DNA of 64,000 bases from contig NC_045696.1 in NCBI RefSeq assembly GCF_009834535.1, positions 103,790,001-103,854,000 of the forward strand, written 5' to 3'. Shown here in pieces: positions 12,166 through 23,775 of this stretch. The translations under genes were made by a program, and so were the position numbers. The notes beneath the pieces are model-generated. The model was not told the origin of the DNA and did not search any database. It saw only the letters and a program-made list of their open reading frames with translations. Within the stretch, counting starts at the first letter, position 1. Every line of letters starts with the position of its first letter. Origin of the DNA: Camelus ferus. Lineage: Eukaryota.

Positions 12166-13484
12166 CCTGTACTATAAATTGATGCCTGTTTGTAAATCAG
12201 CATTATGTATGAATAGGCAGCATAAATATTGCAAATTACAATTTTCATCTGTCTGAAATTCCCCAATCCATTTTGAATAAAATTCCTTGTAGCTGACACA
12301 CTCCAGGTTGCAAAGCACTTCACATATTAATCTATTTAATCCCCTTCATCATCCTGCAGGGCGGGCATGGAAAATGGAGATGCTACTATGTACCCACAGG
12401 GTTAAAGGAATGAACAGAGTCAGCGCTCACTATGTGGAAGCTGCTACTCTCACGCCCACAGTATAGATGTGGGAACTGAACCCAGAGAAGTGCCCAGCTT
12501 GCAGGAGAGCTGTAACCTCTGATGGTGGTACACCGTCCAGGCCTCTGTGCTCTGCTGCTTCATTCGCACGTACACACACAGGAGGGAAGTCAGAGCAGCT
12601 GACCCACTGCATCCAACACAAAACGGCTCTGCACCATGTCCCAAGCTGCAGGCTGGTTGCACAGGATGACCCCTGCAGAAGCCTGTGGCAGGCACAGGCC
12701 CAGGTGAGATTCAAAAGCTAGGACTGTTGAGGGCAGCCAGCCTGGGTTCCATGCCAAGAAGTCACTGGGAAATGCTGCCTGTCATGAAGCAGAATGTGCC
12801 AGAAGGGTCCCCAAAAAGGGCAGCTGAGGATCTGCATTCAGGCAAGCAGATCCCTGATCATGGGCAGTGGTTACCAGGGCAACCTGGGCATTGCTAGACG
12901 ATGCACTGTGGGCCTGGGACCCACTGCAGCTGGCAGGTGTACAGTAGTGGTACAGGAGACGATTTCAAAGTGCCAACTGAACACGTAGTCAGTCACAGCT
13001 TCTGCCCCACAGCCCAGAATCTATGAAGCACTCAACATCAAGAACACCTTTACACTATGCTTATAGGTTGCCAACTTAAAATTTTTTGCATTAAAAACAA
13101 AGTTGATTTTTAAAAACTTGTTGCCAATTCAGTCCAAGCACACAGGAGATAAAAGCCAAGGATCTGCCCTGCCAGGATTTGCTAATCTGAAGTGAATGCA
13201 TCAGGAAGATGAGTTTTTGGTTGCCTTCCCTCCCCCACCACAAGTATTTAAAGTTATCCTTTCATTCCCGGCCTGGGGATGATATAGTTGCAGGGATCAT
13301 GAGGCTCAGGCTGGAGACCTGTCAGTCATGATAAAGCAAAAGACTGGTGGGTACGAAGCCTCAAGAGAGCTCTAAAGGAAGAGATTCTCCAGGGTGGGGT
13401 CAGCTTTGAAAGGGAGCCTTTTCCGTGACAGAGAAAAGAGTTTCCTGGCCAACATGGAGATGAGACAAGGTCAGTGAGGCTCAG

Positions 13485-13915
13485 TTAAATCCCTAAACCC
13501 AAATTCCAGTACTTTTACCAAGGCTTATAAGGTCCTCTGTGATCTGACCTCATTTCCTGCCACTCTAACCCCTACCAGCCTTCCTTCTGTTCCTTGAATG
13601 TGCCAAGGATCTTCCCACCTCAGGGCCTTTGCACGTGCTGCTTCTACAGCCGAGAAGGCCTTTGTAGCCTGGACAGCAGCCCACCCTGATCTCTACCCAA
13701 CGGTCCCTTCCCCCTCATCAGGTTCATCTGTCCTATCCTCTCAGCATACTTTTCTTTCACAGTACTTACTATGATTTTAATTATTATTTGACGAACATAT
13801 GCTTTACCACAAGTGCTTAAGTTCCATGAGGACTGAGACTGTTTATCAGTCTCCCCTAGCTCCCAGTACCACACTTGGCACATAACAGAGCCAATAAATC
13901 TTGATTAAATAAATG
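13485..13915 (+). mobile_element. L2 3' fragment
   Basis: cctcagggcctttgcacgtgctg...taagttccatgaggac...cttggcacataacagagccaataaat. Confidence 0.7.
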
Positions 13916-14315
13916 CAAAACCAAAAACACTTAAACAGTAAGCTTTCTAGAGCCTATCATACCCGTCACTGTTACAAAGCTTTCTCGATCCAGCATTAGG
14001 TCAACGCGAACGGCTCTACCATTTGTCACCTATGCTAAAAGGGGGAAATAGCTTTGTTGAACACTACAAAGTAAAAAAAAAAGACTATTCTGACATGGTA
14101 AAAGGAAGAACAAAATACAAACAAAATGAATCAACACTGCTGGCCTAAAGCTCAGCTGGGTAAAACAAGCCAGGGCCACCCACTGCTCACAAAGTTGTCC
14201 AACTAGTTAAAACACCGAAACATGGCTTTGGAACACCAAAACTGCTTACTATTATGGCTTTAGCTCAAAGGAAGGAAAAGAGCAATCCTTCAGGCTCTAA
14301 GGATATACTTTGTTC

Positions 14316-14806
14316 TGATAAAGACAAGACAACAGGCCCAAAATGGAGGTGCTTATGCTAAGCTCCAGGTCACGAAACGGAAATTCAACTTAGTTACAAT
14401 TTTGGCTCTCTCTACAATGAAGTCCTAAACTAGGTATCAGCTTAAGTCAGGAATCGACTGATCAGCATTAGTTAGGCAAACTGCCTGATAACACCCTGTC
14501 ATCCCCTAGAAGGAAAGTAACTTTGCAATAACCAACCCACCTTTTTGCCTAATTTCCCTGTTCTGTTCCCTTCTGTCTATAAAATTTCTCACCTTGTATA
14601 GCTCTTCCTCGGCTCCTCCATGGCATCTTTTTTTTTTTTTTTAATTTAAGTATAGTCAATCTACAATGTTGTGTTAATGTCTTGCCTTGTATAGCTCTTT
14701 GGAGCTCCATTCTATCTGCTAGATTGGACACCGCCTGACTCATGAATCACTAAATAAAGCCAGTAAGATCTTTAAGATGTGCTCAGTTGAATTTTGTTTT
14801 TTAACC
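14316..14806 (+). mobile_element. ERV1-type solo LTR carrying a nested short L1 tail
   Basis: TG start, aggcccaaaatggag, ctataaaa TATA-like near 14577, aataaa near 14753, ends ttttgttttttaac. Confidence 0.7.
14628..14684 (-). mobile_element. Very short L1 3' end nested in the LTR
   Basis: T15 then aatttaagtatagtcaatctacaatgttgtgttaat, homologous to the L1 tails at 1505 and 1972. Confidence 0.75.
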
Positions 14807-15304
14807 TTTAAACTCCAGGGATTTGGCCTTTGTGTCTCGGGTGCCTGGACTGACTTGGCGACAAACTTTTAAAAATTAACCTTTAAAAAAAGTACTAAAA
14901 ATTTAAAGTTGTCAACATGCGGGTGGGTGCAGTATAAGGCCCTGGTGCTGGGTGTTTGTAAGGACTCTGTTTGTGTATGCTGTCCTCCCTTCAAGAGCCC
15001 CCAGAAGTGTCCACTCTCTGTAACCACTTTCCAGTTCCTTCCTCTGGCATCTCCCTCACCCAGCCTCCTCTCATGAGATGCTGATCTGGAGGAGGTTCTG
15101 GGCCAGCAAAGCATAGCTGGGCCCATAGCCTGCTTCTGGGTCCCGTAACTGTGGATGTTTGTGCTTCCAGGGTACACCAATACGTGACCACCCCGAAAGC
15201 ATATCCAGGCCCTCTTCCCCCATCAAACAACCAACAGTAGGATGGAAACGGCACCACAGAGCGAGCTTAGAATGGTTCCCCACAGAGCCGCACATCAGAC
15301 TCAC

Positions 15305-15456
15305 CTGTGGAACCTCAAAAAGAATACAAACTAGGTGGCACTGCTGACACTGAACCAGTTTCGGGAATAGGGTCTGGGCAGGCGGGCTTTTTGCCTCCTG
15401 CTGAAAATTACCCTGGTGTACTACGCACACGAGCTGGCCCATGACCTCTAACTGCA
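15305..15456 (-). other. ZBTB38: Candidate alternative 5' exon of ZBTB38 (acceptor at 15456, or tandem NAGNAG at 15400/15397)
   Basis: Near-perfect donor CAG|GTGAGT at 15305; acceptors cccatttcttcatAG|(15456) and taattttcAG|cAG|(15400/15397). Confidence 0.5.
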
Positions 15457-15609
15457 CTATGAAGAAATGGGTCACTGTGTCTCCTGCTTGTGTTGGAGCC
15501 CCTCTGACATCCCATCACAAAGGCGTCAATGTCCCCAATTCTACCTATTCATGCGACAGGAGGAAGTTCACCTAAACATGCCGGCCACGTGCGATGCCCC
15601 CAGCACCAC

Positions 15610-15810
15610 ACAAGCACATCCACGTGCCCGGCACCATTCTACACACTCTGCATCTACCATCCCGATAAAGTCTCACGGCAACCTTATCTTACAAATGAGA
15701 AAACTGAGACTCAGAGAGGCTGTATAACTCAACCAAGGTCACTTAGCTAGCGAGCAGCAGAGCTGGGATGAAAACCCAGGCAGTGTGACTCAACCACCAC
15801 ACTCTCCACT
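15610..15810 (-). mobile_element. MIR
   Basis: ttacaaatgagaaaactgagactcagagagg...ccaaggtcac. Confidence 0.8.
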
Positions 15811-16113
15811 GTAGGTTCTGCAGCACCGAGAAATGAAGAACTTAGCTTTTCCATGTCTTTCTTGGTAAAGGCTCCTAGGCTCATGCCCCCAGCCTACCTA
15901 CCAACATATAAGCACTTGGCAACTAGTAGCCTGGACTTGAGTGGAGCTGCTACGTGCAGAGGGACAGGTCACACCCTGTGGTATGCTGTGGGTACATGGG
16001 GAGGCTGAAAACCAGCCCACATCCTGCTTGGCCAGGAACGTACCCTGGTGAGGGCTGCATCCCCCAGCCAGGAGAGGGCCAATTCTCTAATATGCACAAA
16101 GATGCCGTATGGA

Positions 16114-16127
16114 CCACCAGGTGGCCC
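16114..16127 (+). promoter_or_regulatory. CTCF-like motif
   Basis: CCACCAGGTGGCCC closely matches the CTCF core; motif only. Confidence 0.4.
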
Positions 16128-16469
16128 TGGGGTGAACACCTCAGGGAAACTCAGAATTTTCCATAAATTCCTACTTTTAATTTATTTTCTTAAAAAAATA
16201 CACTTTGAAGTAATAGATGGCACTCGTAAGTATTATCATTTTTGATCCACTTCCATTTGAAGGTAATATTTATTGAATGCCTACCACCCACCCGCTATTA
16301 TTGAGTATAACACGGGCTACCACGAGAAGTGGGCACAGGAGGGGGATGGGGTGGGGGGAGACCAAAGCCACTGCACAAAGAGCTGGGAGATACCAGAGCA
16401 CTGTCAGCGTCCACTCAGGGCTCTCCCTAAGGATAATCTAGGATAAGGCAGACCACGTCCAGTCTGGCG

Positions 16470-16695
16470 CCATGGCTAACAGCCTGAACTTTCATGTCAA
16501 GTGGCTCTTGTCACGTTCCGGCTGTGACCTTGGGCAAGTTTCTTAAACTCTCTGCACCTCAGCTTCTTCATCTGCAAAATGGAGCTAATAAGAGAATCTA
16601 CCAGGTTAATGTGAGGATTAAATGATAATACCTATAAAGTGCTGAGCTTAATGTCTGGCACAAAATCAAGCTTAATAAACCTTGGCTATTATTAG
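16470..16695 (+). mobile_element. MIR
   Basis: gctgtgaccttgggcaagtttcttaaactctctgcacctcagcttcttcatctgcaaaatgg. Confidence 0.85.
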
Positions 16696-17368
16696 TATTA
16701 CTATTACTAACTAATTATTATTAATCACAAATGTCAGTAGGAACAAGTATTACCAAGCCTTGGCCCCAAGCCCCAAATCTAGGGAATGTGAAATCCCTCA
16801 ATGGAGACAAGTGTTCTATTTCACTGTGCACCCACGGCTCCCCATTCCCCCCACACAATGTTTAATACCCCAGAGGGTCTCCTTAACTCAGTCTCAGTCA
16901 TTAGGTCCAAGCCTTAGGTCGTATGTAGGCACTGAGTTACAAGTATCTAAAGGATTTCCTTCCTTAGTTTCACCGTTTGTTAGCATTTCTTCTAAGCCCA
17001 TGGAAGAAGGCACTAAGAATTTAAATAAAAATTATTCAAGTTGGCGATTTATTAGCAATTCTGATAAAAAGCTTGATAGGAAGGGGACTAAAATAATCTG
17101 TTTAAGACAAATACTTAAATCATTTACACATTTCCAGTCTGTCTGTCCACTTGTCCTTTTAAGTCAGAAATTTGGCTTCATAAACAAGGCTAGGTACTGT
17201 CCGTTTACTGGGTCATGTGCCTGTTTCAGATGGCCATATTCTTTTATTTCATTTAAAAAAAAGCCTCCCCTGTGTTCTGCCTTATCACCTCTCCTATCTG
17301 TTTTAACCCCCAACAGATGACATTTGCTCTTTTGCCCTCACACCAAGGGGATTTTGGGAGGGCAAAAC

Positions 17369-17468
17369 GTTTTTTCTTTTTTTTTTTTAACTAAGGTACT
17401 GGGAACTGAACCCAGGACCTCCTGCATGCTAAGCGTGCACTCTACCACTGAGCTATACCCTCCACCCA
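17369..17468 (-). mobile_element. Vic-1-type camelid SINE
   Basis: Reverse complement gggtatagctcagtggtagagtgcacgcttagcatgcaggaggtcctgggttcagttcccagtacc plus poly-A. Confidence 0.9.
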
Positions 17469-17844
17469 TGGAAGGTGAAGTCTTGAGAGCTCTTCTCTCT
17501 TACTTTAAACTAGGAACCTAATAACATGTCAGAATGGTTAAGATTTATTTTAGATACTACTTAGATGTTTTGGGTTTTTGATTTAAAAATCTTAGTTTAT
17601 GTCTCAGGTTAATGGATTCATTAGGTAGTGGTTTATTCACTAAAATTTTTTTAAAATTTGGGTTCAGTTTGGGGTTTTGCATGTTTGTATGCTGATTTTA
17701 GATTTTAGTTCAAGCTTCCACTGAAGCCCCTGATTAAAATTTTTGACAACTGTCAGATGTAGTTGATAGTTCTAAGCTTTCCTCATCCTGTTCCCTGGGC
17801 CGTCCTCTCTCCTCCTGTAGAGTTAGTCATCTTTAGCCTCAGAG

Positions 17845-18025
17845 CGCAGAGCAGGGCCCCTGCTCACACACCTGGGTTCAAATTCCAGTTCTGCTACTTA
17901 GTAGCTGTATGAGTTTGGATGAGTTAATTAACACCTCAAGATTTTTTTTTAAATCTATAAAATGGCTATAAAAATGCAACTTAGTTATTAATAGGATTAG
18001 AAGAGACAATCCAGATAAAAACATA
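17845..18025 (+). mobile_element. MIR
   Basis: cctgggttcaaattccagttctgctacttagtagctgtatg. Confidence 0.7.
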
Positions 18026-19849
18026 GTATCTCATTCCACTGCTCTCATTCACCCTGATCATTTTCCATGAAAATCCCAGAAAAACAAAACAATTCTACAA
18101 CTCTCCTCTCTAGCCCATCTCATTAGGATAACAGCAACCAATTTAATGTCTGTTGGTTGAGAGGGTGTTGGAAGCAGGGGTCATTTTGTGTGTGGAGATT
18201 TCCTGGGGGCTGAAATGGAGAGATGAGGGGCCTGGAGAGTCTTGGGCTTTGAGGGCTCCCAGGGAGCCCGGGCAGCTTAGCTCTGGTGGGCTGGATGGTC
18301 AGGAGGCACGGGGCTCAGGCCAGGGTGACCCCCGAAAGGAGGGAAGTTAGAAAAACATACTTAGGGAAGTTAAGTGCAAAAATAAATATTTAGCAAAATA
18401 AGGGACTGTGGGTAATTCACTAAATGTTCCTATATTAAGCTCTTAGGAGACTATTATTATAGTTATGGTAATGTAATTGAAAAAAACAAATACTTTTAAA
18501 GAATAAGCATATGCATTGTGATGTAGTATTATGTAAATAAAGCCAGTAACTGTGTATTAACAGATACAAAATCAGTGACTCTACTGTTTTGGGATGTCCT
18601 GCATGTCCATTAAAAATATCCCCACAGCCCCCTGCCAACCCTTCTGTGAAGAATAAGCAGAGGAGAGGAGGCTGGGGCACTGAAGAACCAGAGAGAGCTC
18701 CTACGCTTCAAGTGGCCTCTCTAGGTCCACAGTTTGCTCTTTCCCATCTGGTAAAGGCACTGAGCAAGACTGTCTTCAGACCATCCTCTCAGCCCTGGAT
18801 AAGATTATCACTCAGTTTCTTCACACACAGAAATAGCAAAAGCCTAGCGGTGGCTGGCCTCACCAGTGTTAGAAGACAGGGTCAGGGAAGGCAAAGCATT
18901 TTCCAACCCAAGTGCTCTGTTCCCGTCACACCTTCAATCTGTCCCACCCTCACCTTGCTGGGAAGGAGGCCTTTAAGCATGGTAAGGCAGCTTATGCTCT
19001 GAGTGGCAGTGGATGCCAGCAAGAAGGAGAGGCGGCAGGGTGGAGTCCCAGATCAGGAGAGGTGGGCCTGGATGCACGATACAGGGGGAGGGAGGCCAGA
19101 GGGGAAGGGGCCTGGGGCTCCCTCCTGAGGAGGCCTCTGTACTGACTCCCTCCCTAGGAAACAGGACCCAGTGCTGTATCTGGGAAGGTCCGGCTACTGT
19201 GTCACCAGCCTGCCCACTCTGCTCTTCCAGCGTCATGGGCCTAACAACAGGGTTAGAGTCATGAAAGTAAATTCCCCAAGGCAGCTCCCAGCTCTGAGCA
19301 CAGGCAGCCCCTTTTAGAAACACCACCCCTTAGACAGAGCCCTTCGCTGGCAGCAGCTCTCCCAGGGATGTGTCCTGCCGTCCCTTCACGGCTGATGACC
19401 AGAGTCCACTCCCTGTTCACAGGGCCATGTCCACAAGATGGTGCTGAGTCCACACAAAGACAAGCTCCTTGGTCCCGAGTGACTGGGAATCCAGTCCCCG
19501 AAACCCTACTGAAAATGGGCAGAGGAGGGAGCCTCGCTTCAAAGTAAACAGACCCTGGGTGTTTGAGATAAACAAAAAGCAAAGAGAGCAAGCTTCTTAG
19601 TGGAGTGCACCTTCTAACTCCTTAATTTGCCACAAACGGATTCTAGAGATTCTTCAGACCAGGGGTGGGGACCACTCCACCCAGTGTGGGCATTTCCTCC
19701 TGAGAGGCGCAGTCCTCACAGGGAGCTGCTGACGGGCCCTCAGCTGCAGCCTCTGCCACGTGACAGCCCAGAATGGCTCCTCTGCATGTCCCTTTCCGGG
19801 GCTAAACGTCACCAACTCCAATGATGCCCCAACAAAGAGAATTTTAGAC

Positions 19850-20175
19850 AAGAAACTTGAGCTAGTTTAGCCCCACCCTCTCATTTCAGACATGAGAAAA
19901 CAGAGGCACGGAGAAGTAGAATGACCGGCCTAAGGTCTCATGGTGTCACCAAAACAGGTTTGCAGCCTTCTGGCCCCTACACCTTGCAGTACACCGTACT
20001 CCTCAACTGCCAGTTGCTGGGACCCGCTCACACTAGAATGTACTTGACCTCCCTAAGCCTCAGTGTCTTCACATACAAAATGGAACAAATCCTACACGCT
20101 TCATGGGGTGCTGGGAGGATTAAAGGAGAGTTTCGGAGCACTCAGCCAGTGCAAGTGCACAGCAAATACTAAGTG
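19850..20175. mobile_element. Two oppositely oriented MIR fragments
   Basis: catttcagacatgagaaaacagaggc (minus) and acttgacctccctaagcctcagtgtcttcacatacaaaatgg (plus). Confidence 0.6.
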
Positions 20176-20356
20176 CGTGATCACTGATTTTATTTATAAT
20201 ACACAGACTTTTTCTTTTTTTTTTGGCATGGACTTCTCCTTTCTTCCCTTGAGTTCTTCTTCCTCCTTGGCTTCCCAACTTCCATGGCTGAACTTTTAAA
20301 CTGAAACTCAAAAAATCACTCATTCTGGTTAAATGGAATCGTGTTCACTTGATGTC

Positions 20357-20944
20357 TGCATTGGGTCACCTGTAACCAAGGAGCAGCCTTGGTCCTTTAT
20401 CGCTAGCCTGCTGGAATATCTTAGGACGTCAATTCAGTCTTAAAATATACCTACCGATTCCTTAGACATGTTACCCTGATTCCCACTCCGGAAACATTCA
20501 GCTAAGTTTAGGGTGGTGATGTCTGAGACAAAAAGTCTCCCCTCTGGAGAGCAGCAGAATGTGACCACTCTTCTAACCCATCCAGATCATATTTCAAGAC
20601 TGGGACTGTTATACTGATGGTGACTCAGAAAATATTTTTCGATCTATTAGAATAAAAAAGACAAAGCCTTGGTTTCACCTTTAAAGAGGAAGGAGGTTGA
20701 AGCCACCCTATCAGGAAGCAGCCATGACCCTGTGAGGAGAAGCCCTGGTGTGTCAACACGTGTTTGGAATGGAGACACCCAGACCTTGAGTTGAGTGAGC
20801 ACTTGCACTGACATCCAGAAAACTTCAGAGCTGCTGGGGTTGAAATTGTTAGGAATAACCTACGAGTGAAAGAACAAGATTTCAAGCCCTTGGAGCTGAT
20901 TGGTGGTCCCTGGGTTGGTCCTTGGTTACAGGTGACCCAATGCA
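20357..20944. repeat. Perfect 26-bp inverted repeat with 536-bp spacer
   Basis: tgcattgggtcacctgtaaccaagga (20357-20382) and its exact reverse complement tccttggttacaggtgacccaatgca (20919-20944). Confidence 0.95.
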
Positions 20945-22444
20945 AAACCCTGACCGTGACACCCTCTCAGCTCCACTGTATCATAAGCACAGCAAGACTC
21001 TAACTTTCAAACCATTCTTCTCATTCCTTCATCCTCCCTAACTAGTTCAGGCCATCTGTTTCTCAGGGGCTCCCATCCCAGAATCCTGGTACCCTGCCCC
21101 ACCAGGAAATTCGGGCAGTGGCAATTGTTTCTGTGCCCATATTGGCCCACCCGGTAGAACACCGCCTTCCCCATCCGGACTCTTCCCAAACGCCAACTTT
21201 CTGGACCCGAACACAGAACAAAGACAAGAACACCTCACCTTCTTCCTGTTCAGCCCTACACCATTTACAAATCACTTTCATACACAGGGTCTCCTCTTCT
21301 TTCTCACGACACCCCTGTGGGCTGTGAAACAATATTTCCATTTCAAAGATGAAGAGGCTGAAGCTCGGAAAAAATTAAGCCAAAATCCCACCACCACACA
21401 GCTTATAACTGGCAAGTTGGGTTTTCGCCCCTGATCTTGTGACTCTGGGTCACAAACTCCTTCCAGCATACTTAAAAGGAAGACTACATTTATGGGATTC
21501 CAAATGTTAGTGTAAGTCACCATCACATCTTCTGATTGATATGCTTAATGGCTGTGTTTGTTTTATGCCAAATTTGGTGTCAAATGTGTATTTGCCACTC
21601 AAAAAAAAAAAAACAACCTACAAATCATTAGCTATTTTTACCCAATTAAACTGGTTTTTCCCTGATCAGTCTACATACCATTGACATACTGCTGCTCAGG
21701 TGATCATCTATGCATTCTACTTCATATTCTCTGCCATTTTCCAGTATCTAACCTCATAATATTTTGTTTAATTCATTCTCTAAAGTGGGAATGATACTTG
21801 AGATGATTACTCTGATGGTTAAATGAGGCAATGACTGTAGAGACTTTAGCTAGCAAGGGTTCAATTAATGGTATTACACATTACTACTACTACAACTTCA
21901 TCACATTCATTAAAACCAAGCAGAGTTTTGTTTTCTTAACAAGTATCTGATGAGCTATCAGGCAGTGTGGATACAATCATTCAGAGAAGCAGAAAAACCA
22001 TCCCATTCCCTTGGCCTTGTTTAATCCTTTTTTCTTTCCCCTTCCAGCAACATCCTGGAGCCCACAGTCCAATGGAGGAGACAGACAGCTCCTCTGTGAT
22101 GATGGATGCGCTCTAGTGAGCGTGCCCAGGGCTTTGGAGGAGGCAGCCTTCAACTGAGCCTAGGGAAGGAGAGTCAAGGAAGGAGAGGTGGAGACAAATC
22201 TTGAAAGATAGGGAGCCTTTCTTTGGAATCCAAGAGGGGAAAAGACATTCTATTTCAGGGAGAGGTCAAGCAAAGGCAAGGAGGCAGGAAGCGGAATGAC
22301 ACATTTGGGGAATGGCAAAGGGGTGGGGATGTCTGCTGCAAGCAGCAAGGGCAGGGCTGGATGGGAGATGGAGAGGGAGAAACTGGTCAGGGACCCGGTC
22401 GTGAAGAGAGCATCACGATGACTTTGGACTTTATCTTCTAGCCT

Positions 22445-22625
22445 GGTAGTTCTCAACCCATAACTGCCTACTAGAATCACCCATGGGAACCTGAAAAAGA
22501 TACCAACACTCAGGCTCCAACTCGAGATTCTGATTTGTTTGGTCTTGGGTGGATGCTACGTATTGAGATTAAAAAAAAAACAAAACCAACAACTCCAGGT
22601 GATTCCAATGTGCAGCCCAGACAAC
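22445..22625. mobile_element. MER5A-like hAT-Charlie element
   Basis: gtagttctcaacc...tagaatcaccc...gagattctgatt...ccaggtgattccaatgtgcagcc. Confidence 0.8.
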
Positions 22626-22652
22626 AGTGCGTCATTTAAAAGATATGAAGTG

Positions 22653-22731
22653 GGAATCATCTGACAAATTTGCAGACAGGTCATTCTGGGAGCAGTCTAA
22701 ACAGGAATCATCTGACACATTCGCAGACAGG
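22653..22731. repeat. 28-bp direct repeat, period 51
   Basis: ggaatcatctgacaaatttgcagacagg / ggaatcatctgacacattcgcagacagg (2 mismatches). Confidence 0.85.
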
Positions 22732-23347
22732 AACAGTCTGATGAGAAGGCTGTCTGGAGTGGGGCTGGAAAGAAGGCAAGGAAACAGGTGGGGATGACAA
22801 AAAAGGAAAAAAAAGCCATCTGGATGGAAGAAATCAACTAGTCGGAAACTGAGGGAGCAAGAAAGAGGGAAGGATGAAGGCTGACACACCAGTTCTGTGG
22901 CCTAGATGGGTCATTAACAGGTAGGGACCCAGATCAAAGAGCTGGTCTGGGAGGAGAACGAGGTCTGGGCTCCCTCAGAGGAGGCTGTGGAAGACACAGG
23001 TGGCCCCCTCAACCAACAGGCATCCATCGTGGATTTGACGCCGAAAGGAAGCAGGGCTGAAGATTCAGCTGTACAGTGCATGGACACACAGGAGGCGGCT
23101 GCACACATGAGTATGGATATTGCCTAAGGAAAGCGGGTGAAAAGAAAGTAACCCAAAAGGCGGCACTGAGGAACACTGATACTGAGAGGGTAATGGATGT
23201 CCAAGCGTCACCTGGAGGCTCTTATTAAAAACTTAGTTTCTTGGCGCCACCCCCGACTGACTGAATCAGACAGCCAGGGGTAAGACCCCAGAAACTGATT
23301 TTTAATAAGTTTCCAGGCACTTTGGGAACAAAGCTAGGTTTGACACT

Positions 23348-23775
23348 GTATCAGTTTCCTGAGGCTGCTGAACAAGCTACCATAAACTTAGTGACTTAAA
23401 AACAAGAAAAATTTATTCTCTTATAGTCCTGGAGGTCAGAAGTCAAAATTAAGGTGTTGGCAGGGCCATGTTCTCTCTCAAGACTCGGCGGGGAGATTCC
23501 TTCCTCACCCCTTCTAGCTTCTGCTGGTCCCTGGTTCCTCGGCTTGTAGCCACAGAGCTCCAATCTCTGCTTCATCTTCACATGGCCCTCTCCTCTTCCT
23601 GCGTCTCTCTTCTGTGTCTCTTATAAGGACACTTACCATTAGATTTAGGATCCACCTGATAATCTAGGATGAACTTATCTCAAGATCCTTAAAAAGTTTG
23701 CATCTGCAAAGACCTTTTTTCCAAAAAGGCCACATTCCCAGCTTTGGGGATGTAGACCTATCTTGGGAGGGGCGA
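23348..23775. mobile_element. MLT1-type MaLR LTR
   Basis: tgtatcagtttcctgaggctgct...atttattctcttatagtcctggaggtcagaagtc...tcttataaggacac...catctgcaaagacc. Confidence 0.88.

Noticed and set aside
16760..17320. 186-aa ORF
   Set aside because: Non-ATG start, no recognisable domain, ordinary intronic composition
22653..22731. CRISPR-like repeat-spacer-repeat
   Set aside because: Only two copies, mammalian intron, no cas genes
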